DNA of 64,000 nt from Bacteroidota bacterium (GTDB lineage Bacteria > Bacteroidota > Bacteroidia > Bacteroidales > F082): the NCBI GenBank assembly GCA_020444415.1, contig JAHLLA010000011.1, positions 3,684-67,683 on the forward strand, read 5' to 3'. Within the stretch, counting starts at the first letter, position 1, and each line of letters opens with the position of its first letter. The notes beneath the pieces are model-generated. The model had not been told where the DNA came from, did not search any database, and worked only from the letters and a program-made list of their open reading frames with translations. The translations under genes and the position numbers were made by a program. Below are positions 41,664 through 50,695 of this stretch, piece by piece.

Positions 41664-42617
41664 ATGAAAAACTTTGAAATCATCAATATAAAAGATACAC
41701 GGTCAGGATTTGGTGAAGCATTATTAGAATTGGGAAAAACCGATCCAAAAGTGGTGGCCTTATGTGCCGATCTTACCGGTTCATTAAAAATGGATGCTTT
41801 CGCCGATGCATTTCCAGACCGATTTTTCCAGGTAGGTATTGCCGAGGCCAATATGATGGGCATGGCAGCAGGCTTGACCATCGGTGGATACATTCCCTTC
41901 ACAGGTACTTTTGCCAATTTTTCTACTTCACGGGTTTACGACCAGGTACGGCAGTCGATTGCATATTCCAAAAAAAATGTGAAAATATGCGCCTCACATG
42001 CAGGGCTTACCCTGGGTGAGGATGGGGCTACGCACCAGACACTTGAAGACATGGGTATGATGAAAATGTTGCCGGGTATGACGGTGATCAATACCTGCGA
42101 TTTTAATCAAACCAGGCAGGCTACCCTTGCTATTGCCAAACATCAAGGACCTGTTTACCTGCGTTTCGGCAGACCAAAGGTACCTAATTTTATACCTGAA
42201 GACTTTGAATTTACGATCGGGAAAGCCCTGCATCTGGTGGAAGGAACGGATGTGAGCATATTTGCCATTGGCCATCTCGTTTGGCATGCGCTGGAAGCCG
42301 CAAAAGAGCTGAAAAAACAAGGTATTTCCGCTGAAGTGATCAATATACATACGATAAAGCCTATTGACGAAAAGGCTATCCTGGAATCCGTTGAAAAAAC
42401 CGGCTGCGTAGTGACGGCAGAAGAACATCAGATACATGGTGGTCTTGGAGACAGTGTGGCACAAGTATTAGCGCGTAGCCTGCCGGTGCCGATAGATTAT
42501 GTGGCCGTAATGGATCGTTTTGGTGAAAGTGGGAAACCCGAAGAATTACTGGAAGCATATGGTCTTGATGCAGCACATATTATAGCTGCCGCAAAAAAGG
42601 CTGTGAACAGAAAGTAG
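41664..42617 (+). CDS. transketolase, C-terminal (Pyr plus C-terminal domain) subunit
   Basis: It has [18 protein letters not shown] and GEDGATHQ. It follows the N-terminal subunit after an 18-nt gap. Confidence 0.9.
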   Translation: MKNFEIINIKDTRSGFGEALLELGKTDPKVVALCADLTGSLKMDAFADAFPDRFFQVGIAEANMMGMAAGLTIGGYIPFTGTFANFSTSRVYDQVRQSIAYSKKNVKICASHAGLTLGEDGATHQTLEDMGMMKMLPGMTVINTCDFNQTRQATLAIAKHQGPVYLRFGRPKVPNFIPEDFEFTIGKALHLVEGTDVSIFAIGHLVWHALEAAKELKKQGISAEVINIHTIKPIDEKAILESVEKTGCVVTAEEHQIHGGLGDSVAQVLARSLPVPIDYVAVMDRFGESGKPEELLEAYGLDAAHIIAAAKKAVNRK

Positions 42618-42643
42618 CTCGCTGTTCAAATTCTCGTTTTTTT

Positions 42644-42651
42644 TATATTTG
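42644..42651 (+). promoter_or_regulatory. candidate -7 box upstream of aroK
   Basis: TATATTTG lies about 85 nt upstream of the TTG start at 42735. Confidence 0.3.
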
Positions 42652-42734
42652 CATCTAATGGGTTTGATATTTTACTCTCGTATAATACATGAACCAGCTA
42701 CAATGAAAAACAAACATAACTAAAAACTTATCCA

Positions 42735-43253
42735 TTGAACAGAATTTACCTCGTTGGCTTTATGGGCGTTGGTAAGAGCACCATAGGTAAAAAACTTGCG
42801 AAATACCTGGATTTTGAATTTATTGACCTTGATGATATTTTTGAGCAAAAATACAAAATCAGCATTGATAGTTTTTTCAATAAATATGACGAAGAACTGT
42901 TCCGAAAACTGGAACACGACATGCTACTTGAAACCTTTTTGAAAAAAAATGCTGTCATATCAACAGGTGGCGGAACCCCTTGCTACCATAATGCCATGGA
43001 AAAGATCAACAGTGTGGGTTACAGCATTTATATTAAAATGCCACCTTCCACTATCGCGCATCGCCTATCGACGGCTAAAAAGAAACGACCTTTAATTGAA
43101 GGCATTCCAAAAGAAGCGTTGAAAGATGTGATTAAAGAGAAACTAAGTGTCAGGCATCCGGTTTATAAGCTGGCTCATCTGCATATCAATGGCATTGAAG
43201 TAGATATTAAAGAATTGGCAGAGACGCTATTAGAAAAGATCCATATTGGATAA
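42735..43253 (+). CDS. aroK: shikimate kinase
   Basis: It has LVGFMGVGKSTIGKKLA (P-loop) and the GGG motif in STGGGTP. A TTG start is inferred because the next Met would remove the strand before the P-loop. Confidence 0.85.
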   Translation: MNRIYLVGFMGVGKSTIGKKLAKYLDFEFIDLDDIFEQKYKISIDSFFNKYDEELFRKLEHDMLLETFLKKNAVISTGGGTPCYHNAMEKINSVGYSIYIKMPPSTIAHRLSTAKKKRPLIEGIPKEALKDVIKEKLSVRHPVYKLAHLHINGIEVDIKELAETLLEKIHIG

Positions 43254-43257
43254 ACGC

Positions 43258-44688
43258 TTACCTCTTTTTCATCAACACAACATTCTCAACGTGATGTGTT
43301 TGAGGAAACATATCCACCGGCTGAATTTTCAGGAGCTCATATTTCTCATGCAAAATGGCAATGTCACGAGCTTGTGTAGCCGGATTGCAGCTTACATACA
43401 CAATCTTGTCAGGCTCAGCATTCAGTATTTGTCTCACCACTTTATCGTGCATGCCCGCGCGTGGCGGATCGGTAATGATTATATCAGGTTTGCCATTTGC
43501 TTTGATGAATTCTTCATCCAGCACTTTGGCCAGGTCTCCCGCGTAAAAGTCCACATTGGTGATCCCGTTCAATTGCATGTTTTCCCTCGCGTCATTCACC
43601 GCTTCTTCTACATATTCAACTCCTATCACTTTCTTTACCGATGGTGCCACAAATGAAGCAATGGTACCTGCTCCTGTATAAAGGTCATAGACAAGTTCTC
43701 CACCCTTAAAACCAGCGAAATTATAAGCTATTTCGTACAATTTCTGCGCCTGCTCAGGGTTGGTTTGATAGAAAGATGTAGGCCCAATCTTAAACTTCAG
43801 ATTTTTGTTTGACTTCCCCGGGGTCACCATCTCTTCAATAATATAAGGGTCACCTTTGAATAGTTTTACTTCCAGATCGTTAATGGTATCATTTTTCTTA
43901 TCATTGATCACGTACATCAAAGAAGTGATTTCAGGAAAACGGTCACCAAGAAATTCCAGTAGCCCACTATTTTTATCGGATTCCTCTTTAAAAATAACGA
44001 TCACCATGAGGTTGCCATTTCGCGATGTACGGATGATGATATTTCGTAACAATCCTTCCCAGTTCCTGACATTATAAAAGCTCATTTGATGGTTCAAAGC
44101 ATATTCTTTGATGGCCAAACGGATATCATTGGAGGGATCGCGTTGCAGATAGCAGTGTTCTATATCCAAAATTTTGTCGAACATCCCTGGCAAATGGAAG
44201 CCCAGCCCGTTCATTTCATCGGGGCCTCCCTCCTCCTTGGGCGCATCCAGACTGGTAAGCCACCTGCGATTAGAAAATGTATATTCCAGCTTATTGCGAT
44301 AGAAGTATTGTTTTTCGCTTTTAATAATTGGAAGAAACGCACCATAAGGAACTTTAGCGATGCGTTCGATAGCATCCTTCACTTGTTTTTGCTTGTAATG
44401 CAATTGGGTTTCATAGGCAAGATGCTGCCATTTGCAGCCTCCGCACAATCCAAAATGGGCACATTCAGGTATCACGCGCAAATCCGATTCTTTATGAATC
44501 CTCACTAACTTTCCTTCATAATAAGAGCGCTTTTTCCTGTAAACCTGCACATCTACAATATCGCCGGGTGCGGCAAAAGGTACAAATACGACCCTATCTT
44601 CAACACGGGCAACTGCCTTCCCCTCTGATCCGGCATCCAAAATCTTAACTTCCCTGAATAAGGGCAATGGCCCCTTTTTTCTTCCCAT
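43258..44688 (-). CDS. rlmD: 23S rRNA (uracil-C5)-methyltransferase, RlmD/RumA family
   Basis: It has an N-terminal TRAM domain, a Fe-S cysteine cluster (CAHFGLCGGC) and SAM motifs. The catalytic Cys lies in YVSCNPAT. Confidence 0.85.
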   Translation of the reverse strand: MGRKKGPLPLFREVKILDAGSEGKAVARVEDRVVFVPFAAPGDIVDVQVYRKKRSYYEGKLVRIHKESDLRVIPECAHFGLCGGCKWQHLAYETQLHYKQKQVKDAIERIAKVPYGAFLPIIKSEKQYFYRNKLEYTFSNRRWLTSLDAPKEEGGPDEMNGLGFHLPGMFDKILDIEHCYLQRDPSNDIRLAIKEYALNHQMSFYNVRNWEGLLRNIIIRTSRNGNLMVIVIFKEESDKNSGLLEFLGDRFPEITSLMYVINDKKNDTINDLEVKLFKGDPYIIEEMVTPGKSNKNLKFKIGPTSFYQTNPEQAQKLYEIAYNFAGFKGGELVYDLYTGAGTIASFVAPSVKKVIGVEYVEEAVNDARENMQLNGITNVDFYAGDLAKVLDEEFIKANGKPDIIITDPPRAGMHDKVVRQILNAEPDKIVYVSCNPATQARDIAILHEKYELLKIQPVDMFPQTHHVENVVLMKKR

Positions 44689-44706
44689 GTATTATATAAT
44701 TTGCGG

Positions 44707-44714
44707 CAAAGATA
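44707..44714 (-). promoter_or_regulatory. candidate -7 box for rlmD
   Basis: The reverse complement reads TATCTTTG and lies 18 nt upstream of ATG 44688. Confidence 0.4.
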
Positions 44715-44756
44715 ATAGAATACGTAGCTTTTTATGAGCTTATCGTAGCCTTTTAT

Positions 44757-44764
44757 TAAATTTG
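44757..44764 (+). promoter_or_regulatory. candidate -7 box for nnr
   Basis: TAAATTTG lies 17 nt upstream of ATG 44782. Confidence 0.45.
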
Positions 44765-44781
44765 TAAAAAACCTGCCGATC

Positions 44782-46284
44782 ATGAAAATTTTACCTGTTG
44801 AAAAGATCCGGGAAGCGGATAATTACACCATCGAAAATGAACCCATAGCCTCAACAGACCTGATGGAAAGAGCTGCGCGTCAGTTATATAAATGGGTGAA
44901 GAATAGAATTCACAAGTATCAGCCCATAAAAATATTTGCCGGACTCGGGAACAATGGTGGCGACGGACTAGTGCTTGCCCGTTTACTGGGAGATAAAGGA
45001 TATGAAGTACAGGTTTATATCATCAAGTATTCTGATATTAGCTCTGATGATTTTAAAACGAATCTCGCGCGATTAGAAGAAATTGAAGAAATAGGTATTA
45101 TTTACATCGGAAAAAACACTGAAATTCCTGATATTGAAGAAGATGATGTTGTAGTGGATGCTATTTTTGGTTCGGGCTTAACCAGGCCGGTTACCGGATT
45201 GATCGGTGAAGTGATCAAATCTATCAACAGCAGCGGTTCTATTACCATTGCAGTTGATATCCCATCAGGACTTTTTGCTGACAGTAGCAGCACCGGCGAA
45301 ATCATCCGGGCAGATTATACCTTGAGTTTCCAGATGCCGAAACTGGCTTTTTTCATGCCTGAGAATGACAAGTACGTGGGCAACTGGCACATATTAGATA
45401 TTGGTCTTCATCCTGATTACATCAATGATGTGAAAGTCAATAATTATTTTCTTTTAAAAAGAGACATTCAACCCACCTTAAAAAAAAGAAACAAATTTGA
45501 TCATAAAGGTACTTTTGGCCATGCCTTACTGATTGCTGGCAGTTATGGCAAGATGGGCGCTGCCGTATTGGCTTCGAAAGCCTGCTTGCGCTCCGGAGTT
45601 GGCTTGCTGCACACCCATATTCCTAAATCCGGTTATGAGATCATGCAAACTGCTGTTCCTGAATGTATGCTCAGTATCGACAGGTACGACAATTATTTTT
45701 CAGAAGTACCCGATTTGGACATGTATTCGGCGGTGGGCATAGGGCCGGGAATTGGTATGGAAAAACAGTCGCAGATGGCTTTGAAACTGCTGATACAGAA
45801 TTACCAAAAACCGATGGTATTCGATGCAGATGCGCTGAATATCCTGGCTGAAAATAAAACATGGTTGTCCTTTTTGCCCAAAGGCAGCATATTAACACCC
45901 CATCCCAAAGAATTTGAGAGGCTGATTGGCAAGTGGTCGGATGATTTCGAAAAATTACAAATGCTCAGGGATTTCTGCTTCAAATTTGGTATTTATGTGG
46001 TTTTGAAAGGTGCCTATACATGCACCTGTACACCCGATGGCAATTGTTATTTTAATTCGACCGGAAACCCGGGTATGGGTACAGCCGGAAGCGGTGATGT
46101 CCTTACAGGCCTTATCACCGGTATACTGGCACAAGGTTATACACCTGGTCAAGCGGCGACATTGGGAACATTTTTACATGGGTTGGCCGGTGACTTAGCG
46201 GCTAAAAAAAAGGGGTACGAAGCGATGATCGCGGGTGATATCCCGGAAATGTTTGGAAAAGCTTTTCGTAAACTGAGAAAGTAA
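44782..46284 (+). CDS. nnr: bifunctional NAD(P)H-hydrate repair enzyme (epimerase plus ADP-dependent dehydratase)
   Basis: The N-terminal YjeF_N domain has GLGNNGGDG. The C-terminal carbohydrate-kinase domain has the motifs HKGTFGH and GSGDVLTG. Confidence 0.85.
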   Translation: MKILPVEKIREADNYTIENEPIASTDLMERAARQLYKWVKNRIHKYQPIKIFAGLGNNGGDGLVLARLLGDKGYEVQVYIIKYSDISSDDFKTNLARLEEIEEIGIIYIGKNTEIPDIEEDDVVVDAIFGSGLTRPVTGLIGEVIKSINSSGSITIAVDIPSGLFADSSSTGEIIRADYTLSFQMPKLAFFMPENDKYVGNWHILDIGLHPDYINDVKVNNYFLLKRDIQPTLKKRNKFDHKGTFGHALLIAGSYGKMGAAVLASKACLRSGVGLLHTHIPKSGYEIMQTAVPECMLSIDRYDNYFSEVPDLDMYSAVGIGPGIGMEKQSQMALKLLIQNYQKPMVFDADALNILAENKTWLSFLPKGSILTPHPKEFERLIGKWSDDFEKLQMLRDFCFKFGIYVVLKGAYTCTCTPDGNCYFNSTGNPGMGTAGSGDVLTGLITGILAQGYTPGQAATLGTFLHGLAGDLAAKKKGYEAMIAGDIPEMFGKAFRKLRK

Positions 46285-46296
46285 ATTTAAAAAAAC

Positions 46297-46375
46297 CGTC
46301 ATTGCGAACGGAGTGAAACAATCTCATTAATTTAACAAACAAAAGATTGCTTCGTTATACTTCCTCGCAATGACG
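46297..46375. repeat. REP-like imperfect palindrome (CGTCATTGCGA ... TCGCAATGACG) between nnr and groES
   Basis: It has 11-bp perfect outer inverted arms and inner arms AACAATCT/AGATTGCTT. The right arm reads AGATTGCTTCGTTATACTTCCTCGCAATGACG. Confidence 0.7.
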
Positions 46376-46424
46376 CCGTTTTATTACTTTTTCGAATCGC
46401 TTTTTTAAAGCATCCAAACCATAT

Positions 46425-46712
46425 CTAAATCGCTTCTGTTTCAACAATTTTTGCCAACAAATCAGCATAAGGCACCATCATGTACTTCTTCGATTCAAAG
46501 TCGAATTCGGTTCCTGCATATTTCTTGTAAAAAACAATATCGCCAACCACGATCCCCGGGTTTTCAATGTTACCAATGGCAACTACTTTTGCATACTGTG
46601 GTTTTTCCTTCGCAGAATCAGGAATGATAATTCCGGATGCGGTTCTTTGTTCGCTTTTGTCTTCGGTAACATCCAGTAGAACGTTCTCATTCAAAGGTTG
46701 TAATTCTTTCAT
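46425..46712 (-). CDS. groES: co-chaperonin GroES (Cpn10) with no adjacent groEL
   Basis: It is 95 aa long, with LQPLNENVLL ... TASGIIIPDSAKEKPQYAKVVAIG ... YKKYAGTEF. The downstream neighbour is the convergent nnr, not groEL. Confidence 0.85.
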   Translation of the reverse strand: MKELQPLNENVLLDVTEDKSEQRTASGIIIPDSAKEKPQYAKVVAIGNIENPGIVVGDIVFYKKYAGTEFDFESKKYMMVPYADLLAKIVETEAI

Positions 46713-46738
46713 CTCTAATATATTTATATATAATTTAT

Positions 46739-47323
46739 TTATTGAATTCCTAATAATTTATTGATCTTCACTTTGTCGAAACCAATCACCATTGTGCCGC
46801 TGATATCCGTTTGAGGTACACCCTGCTGACCGCTTTTTCTGACCATGGCCTCAGCAGCTTTCTGGTCTTTTGACACATCAACTTCCGAATAGCGGATACC
46901 ATTATCTTTTAAGTGCGTTTTCAATGTTGTACACCATGAACAAGTTGGTGTCGAGTAAACGGTTACTTTTTTTTGTGGTTTGCCTTCTCCTTTTTCTTTG
47001 GCCGTGAAAAGGGCATTTTCGAACAGGGATTTATAATAATTATTATCGTTGCAGCCTTTGATGGATTTTTCAAATTCGCCTTCGTTAAAAACCAATAATG
47101 ACGGAGCTGAATCAATTTGGTAAACGGTATGGATATCCCTCACTTTATTTACATCGGCAGCCATTACGTGTATATCATGAAGCTGGCTGGTGGCCTCTTC
47201 CAGATTTTGATAGCTACAGTCGCTGGTTTCTGATCCCTTTTTATAAAGCAATACATACGATTTTGCTTTTGCACCAAGCTTCTCCAGCATTTCTGTATGA
47301 GAGTTAATTTCCTGTAATGCCAT
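46739..47323 (-). CDS. two-domain thioredoxin-fold protein with a C-terminal glutaredoxin-like (CSWC) domain
   Basis: The C-terminal part VTVYSTPTCSWCTTLKTHL ... GVPQTDI is glutaredoxin/NrdH-like. The N-terminal 110 aa or so look like a thioredoxin fold without a CxxC. Confidence 0.65.
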   Translation of the reverse strand: MALQEINSHTEMLEKLGAKAKSYVLLYKKGSETSDCSYQNLEEATSQLHDIHVMAADVNKVRDIHTVYQIDSAPSLLVFNEGEFEKSIKGCNDNNYYKSLFENALFTAKEKGEGKPQKKVTVYSTPTCSWCTTLKTHLKDNGIRYSEVDVSKDQKAAEAMVRKSGQQGVPQTDISGTMVIGFDKVKINKLLGIQ

Positions 47324-47433
47324 TTCGTACTTTTTGAAGGCTCATTTATCAAATCATATGCCACAGGATTTTTGGGCTTTAAAAGTGACTTTTCAAAATA
47401 AATTGACTGACAAATTTTCATTCTGTTGATCAT

Positions 47434-47501
47434 AAAAAAACCGGTCCTGACACTTTCTGTTTTATGCAAGTAGAGAGAAAGCGTTATTCAATCAGGACCG
47501 G
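47434..47501 (-). other. long imperfect hairpin followed on the minus strand by a U-run (orphan terminator or small-RNA candidate)
   Basis: CCGGTCCTGA (47441-47450) pairs with TCAGGACCGG (47492-47501), with an inner CTTTCT/AGAAAG stem. An A7 run at 47434-47440 gives U7 on the minus strand. A minus-strand TATTTTTG box lies at 47507-47514. Confidence 0.3.
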
Positions 47502-47594
47502 CCGCGCAAAAATAGCTAAATCCATCTTAACAATTCTTTAATTGAAGTCAGGTATTTTAGATTGATTCCACGTTAATCATTCACCAACACCTCT

Positions 47595-47602
47595 TAAATT
47601 TG
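47595..47602 (+). promoter_or_regulatory. candidate -7 box for the citrate lyase genes
   Basis: TAAATTTG lies 29 nt upstream of ATG 47632. Confidence 0.45.
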
Positions 47603-47631
47603 CCTGTAATTAATCATCAACTTAGTTGCAC

Positions 47632-48837
47632 ATGAATAAGCAAAGTACAGCAGGAAATCGAGGGCCTGGAATAAAATCAGACTGTTTTGCAGAACTGGAG
47701 CTTCTCACCTACGGTGGAATTCAGATCGAACTGGAAAGCAAGGTAAAACCGCTCTACGGCAAATCCATCGAGCGACTTGCCAGTGACATGCTGGATGCGT
47801 TTGGAATTAAAAACGCCCGCCTTAAGTTGGAAGACACCGGTGCCATAGAACTGGTTATCGCTGCCAGGATTGAAGCTGCCATCAAAAAAATAGTTGAAAC
47901 GGACAAGGAATATTTATTTCCCTTCATCGATGATAATAAAAAGGCAACAACAAAAGACCGGTTTCGCTTTTCGAGGCTTTATTTACCAGGCAACAGCCCT
48001 AAACTGATGCTCAACGCGGGTATTCATCATCCCAACGGTATTATCCTTGATCTGGAAGATTCAGTAGCACCTGATAAAAAGTTCGAAGCAAGGTTCATGG
48101 TTCGTAATGCATTGCGATCGATTAATTTTTATGGTGCAGAGCGCATGGTTCGAATCAACCAGGGGCAGAGAGGATTAGAAGACCTCGATTTTATTATACC
48201 TCATTACGCTAACCTGATCCTCATTCCCAAAGCTGAAAGCGCTGAAGATATCTATAAAGTGAATGATGTGATCGATCAGTTAAAAAAAGAACACAATATT
48301 GAACAACCCATCTGGCTGATGCCGATTATTGAAAGTGCCAAAGGTGTGATCAAAGCATATGAAATTGCAACGGCCGCTAAAAATGTTTCGTCCCTGGCCA
48401 TCGGACTGGAAGATTATACAGCCGATTTAGGAACCCGCAGAACCAACAAGGGCGATGAATCTTTTTTTGCCCGAAGCATGGTGGTGAATGCAGCGAAAGC
48501 TGCCGGGATTCAGGCCATCGATTCTGTTTTTTCAGATGTGGGTGATATGGAAGCACTGGCACAAAATGTACAAACTTCCAAAGGATTGGGATTTGATGGC
48601 ATGGGATGTATACACCCCCGTCAGATCATAGTAATCCATGAAAACTTTGCACCCGATACAGTAGAAATTGAAAAGGCAAAAAAAATATTCCTAGCTTTCA
48701 AAGAAGCAGAAACCAAAGGTCTGGGGGTTGTTTCTCTTGGTTCGAAGATGATCGATCCACCTGTTGTAAAACGTGCGCAGAAAACCATTGAATTGGCCAT
48801 CAAAATGGGAAAACTATCAGCAGATTGGGAAAAGTAA
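47632..48837 (+). CDS. citE: fusion of citrate lyase acyl carrier protein (CitD, gamma) and citryl-CoA lyase (CitE, beta)
   Basis: The first 95 aa or so align by eye to CitD (AG...KSD prosthetic-group serine region, then EDTGAIELVIAARIEAAI against DKGALDCVIRARxEAA). The rest is CitE (RLYLPGNSPKLM and ILDLEDSVAP). Confidence 0.75.
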   Translation: MNKQSTAGNRGPGIKSDCFAELELLTYGGIQIELESKVKPLYGKSIERLASDMLDAFGIKNARLKLEDTGAIELVIAARIEAAIKKIVETDKEYLFPFIDDNKKATTKDRFRFSRLYLPGNSPKLMLNAGIHHPNGIILDLEDSVAPDKKFEARFMVRNALRSINFYGAERMVRINQGQRGLEDLDFIIPHYANLILIPKAESAEDIYKVNDVIDQLKKEHNIEQPIWLMPIIESAKGVIKAYEIATAAKNVSSLAIGLEDYTADLGTRRTNKGDESFFARSMVVNAAKAAGIQAIDSVFSDVGDMEALAQNVQTSKGLGFDGMGCIHPRQIIVIHENFAPDTVEIEKAKKIFLAFKEAETKGLGVVSLGSKMIDPPVVKRAQKTIELAIKMGKLSADWEK

Positions 48838-48843
48838 TTAAAA

Positions 48844-50424
48844 ATGAATGATTCAGGTAACATGAAAAAATACGATAAACTGGTAAAAAATGCGGCTGGG
48901 AGAATGGTGCCCACCATCATTAACGGAGAAAAACACGTGCCTTTTATGGGCGTTGGAAAATACAAACCGACCGGCCGTAAACACGCACCATACATCGCCA
49001 GTTGCAGCGACTACCCTGATGATGGCAACAAACAAGTGGCTTCATTAAAAGATGCACTTATCAAAGCGGGGCTGAAAGACGGTATGACCATATCCACACA
49101 CCATCACTTCAGAAATGGCGATCTTATCGCCAACCAGGTATTTGATATTGCCAAAGAGTTGGGTGTGAAAAACCTGCGATGGTATCCATCCGCCTCTTTT
49201 GCCTGCCAGGAAAGGCTGATCGAATACCTTGAAGACGGCACCATCAACAGGATTGAAGGCAGCATGAACGGCCCGTTGGGTAAATTTACTTCGGAAGGCC
49301 GGATGAAAGGACTTGCTGTGCTGCGCTCCCATGGTGGACGATACCAGGCCATACAGGATGGCGAAGTACAAATTGATATAGCCGTAATTGCAGCTCCTTC
49401 GGCTGATCCTTTTGGCAATGCCAATGGTGTGGATGGCCCTGCATCATGCGGATTGCTGGGTTTCGCTCTCGGTGATTCACAATATGCCGATAAGGTGATC
49501 GTCGTTACAGATAACGTCGTGCCATTTCCATGTATTCCTTGGCAAATTCACGGTAATTATGTCGATTATGTTGTTAAAGTGGACAAGGTTGGCCTGCCAG
49601 AAAAGATTATTTCAGGAACCACCCAAATTACCAAAAGCCCTGACCGGCTGCTCATTGCTGAAATAACGGCGAAGTTCTGCGAAGAAGCCGGAATTATCTA
49701 TGATGGATTTTCATACCAGGCTGGTGCAGGCGGAACGGCTCTTTCAATTGGCAACTATTTTGGTGATATATTAAAGAAAAACGACTGGAAAGCCAGTTTT
49801 ATCCGAGCAGGAAGTAATGAATACCCGGTAAAGTTGCTGGAAGAAGGCTATGTAAAATACATCCTCGACGGACAAACTTTTGACCTAGAAGGTATACGCT
49901 CCATGCGCGAAAATGCCAACCATGTAAACACCTCACCGTTTACCTCCTATAACTACCATGGCAAAGGCAATTTTGCTTCAATGGTGGATGTGGTTATTTT
50001 AGGAGCCACGGAAGTGGATGTGAACTATAATGCCAACGTGGTAACCCATTCTGATGGCTATATGCTGCACGGCATTGGCGGATGGCAGAATTGCCTGTTC
50101 TCAAAATGTACTATTTTACCTATCCCGTTGTTCAGGGATCGTATTCCGGTAATCATAGATGAGGTAACTACGCTTTGCGGACCAGGGGAAATGATAGATG
50201 TGATTGTTACAGAAAGAGGCATCGCCATCAATCCATTGCGAAAAGACCTGATAGAAAAAACAAAACATTCGAAGCTCCCGATTAAAACCATCGAAGAACT
50301 AAAAGCAGAGGCTGAAAATATTTGTGGCGTTCCTCAAAAACCACTGCTGGATGACGAAATTGTGGCGGCCATCAAATGGGTGGATGGAACGGTGATCGAT
50401 GTAGTTAGGAAGGTGCCGGTTTAA
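48844..50424 (+). CDS. citF: citrate lyase alpha subunit (citrate CoA-transferase)
   Basis: It has the STHHHFRNGD motif, its length is about 520 aa, and it sits directly after citE. Confidence 0.85.
   Translation: MNDSGNMKKYDKLVKNAAGRMVPTIINGEKHVPFMGVGKYKPTGRKHAPYIASCSDYPDDGNKQVASLKDALIKAGLKDGMTISTHHHFRNGDLIANQVFDIAKELGVKNLRWYPSASFACQERLIEYLEDGTINRIEGSMNGPLGKFTSEGRMKGLAVLRSHGGRYQAIQDGEVQIDIAVIAAPSADPFGNANGVDGPASCGLLGFALGDSQYADKVIVVTDNVVPFPCIPWQIHGNYVDYVVKVDKVGLPEKIISGTTQITKSPDRLLIAEITAKFCEEAGIIYDGFSYQAGAGGTALSIGNYFGDILKKNDWKASFIRAGSNEYPVKLLEEGYVKYILDGQTFDLEGIRSMRENANHVNTSPFTSYNYHGKGNFASMVDVVILGATEVDVNYNANVVTHSDGYMLHGIGGWQNCLFSKCTILPIPLFRDRIPVIIDEVTTLCGPGEMIDVIVTERGIAINPLRKDLIEKTKHSKLPIKTIEELKAEAENICGVPQKPLLDDEIVAAIKWVDGTVIDVVRKVPV
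50404..50424 (+). repeat. left copy of a 21-nt direct repeat (the 3' end of citF)
   Basis: GTTAGGAAGGTGCCGGTTTAA recurs at 51937-51957 with one mismatch. Confidence 0.8.
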
Positions 50425-50510
50425 ATATTCTTCTCTATAATTGTTAACATTTTCAGAATCATACACAAATAGGCGAGTCTGAAGCAAAGATAATGTTGCG
50501 GTTGCGACTA

Positions 50511-50580
50511 GTGCATTTATTTATTTTAACTATTCGCTAAGGCATGAGTGACCGTATGCTAAACACTTGCGCCATTTTGC
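50511..50580 (+). repeat. copy A of a hairpin-containing intergenic repeat of about 70 nt
   Basis: The core 50535-50580 (CGCTAAGGCATGAGTGACCGTATGCTAAACACTTGCGCCATTTTGC) matches 51891-51936 at 36 of 46 positions without gaps. Confidence 0.75.
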
Positions 50581-50640
50581 TTGTTCATAAAAATCCACGT
50601 AAATTCTTCTTATCTACTTGACATTTAACTGATTTTCAGC

Positions 50641-50648
50641 TATATTTG
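50641..50648 (+). promoter_or_regulatory. candidate -7 box for the T9SS cargo gene
   Basis: TATATTTG lies 47 nt upstream of ATG 50696. Confidence 0.45.
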
Positions 50649-50695
50649 GAAGTACGAGTAAACAAATGTAATTATTAACTTAAATTATATTAACT

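Noticed and set aside
41994-42464. Long antisense ORFs inside transketolase. Similar ones occur inside gap (61852-62373), the DEAD-box helicase (15313-15774) and citF (49045-49424).
   Set aside because: All are shadow frames opposite strongly supported conserved genes, and none has independent signals.
47164-47469. A 101-aa minus-strand ORF spanning the start of the glutaredoxin-like gene and the upstream spacer.
   Set aside because: It overlaps the better-supported 46739..47323 gene out of frame and runs through the hairpin and promoter region. Its product has no recognisable features.
48147-48156. GGTTCGAATC, a string resembling a tRNA T-arm.
   Set aside because: It lies inside the CitE coding frame, and no acceptor, D-arm or anticodon-arm complementarity surrounds it. 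No tRNA is detectable anywhere in the window.
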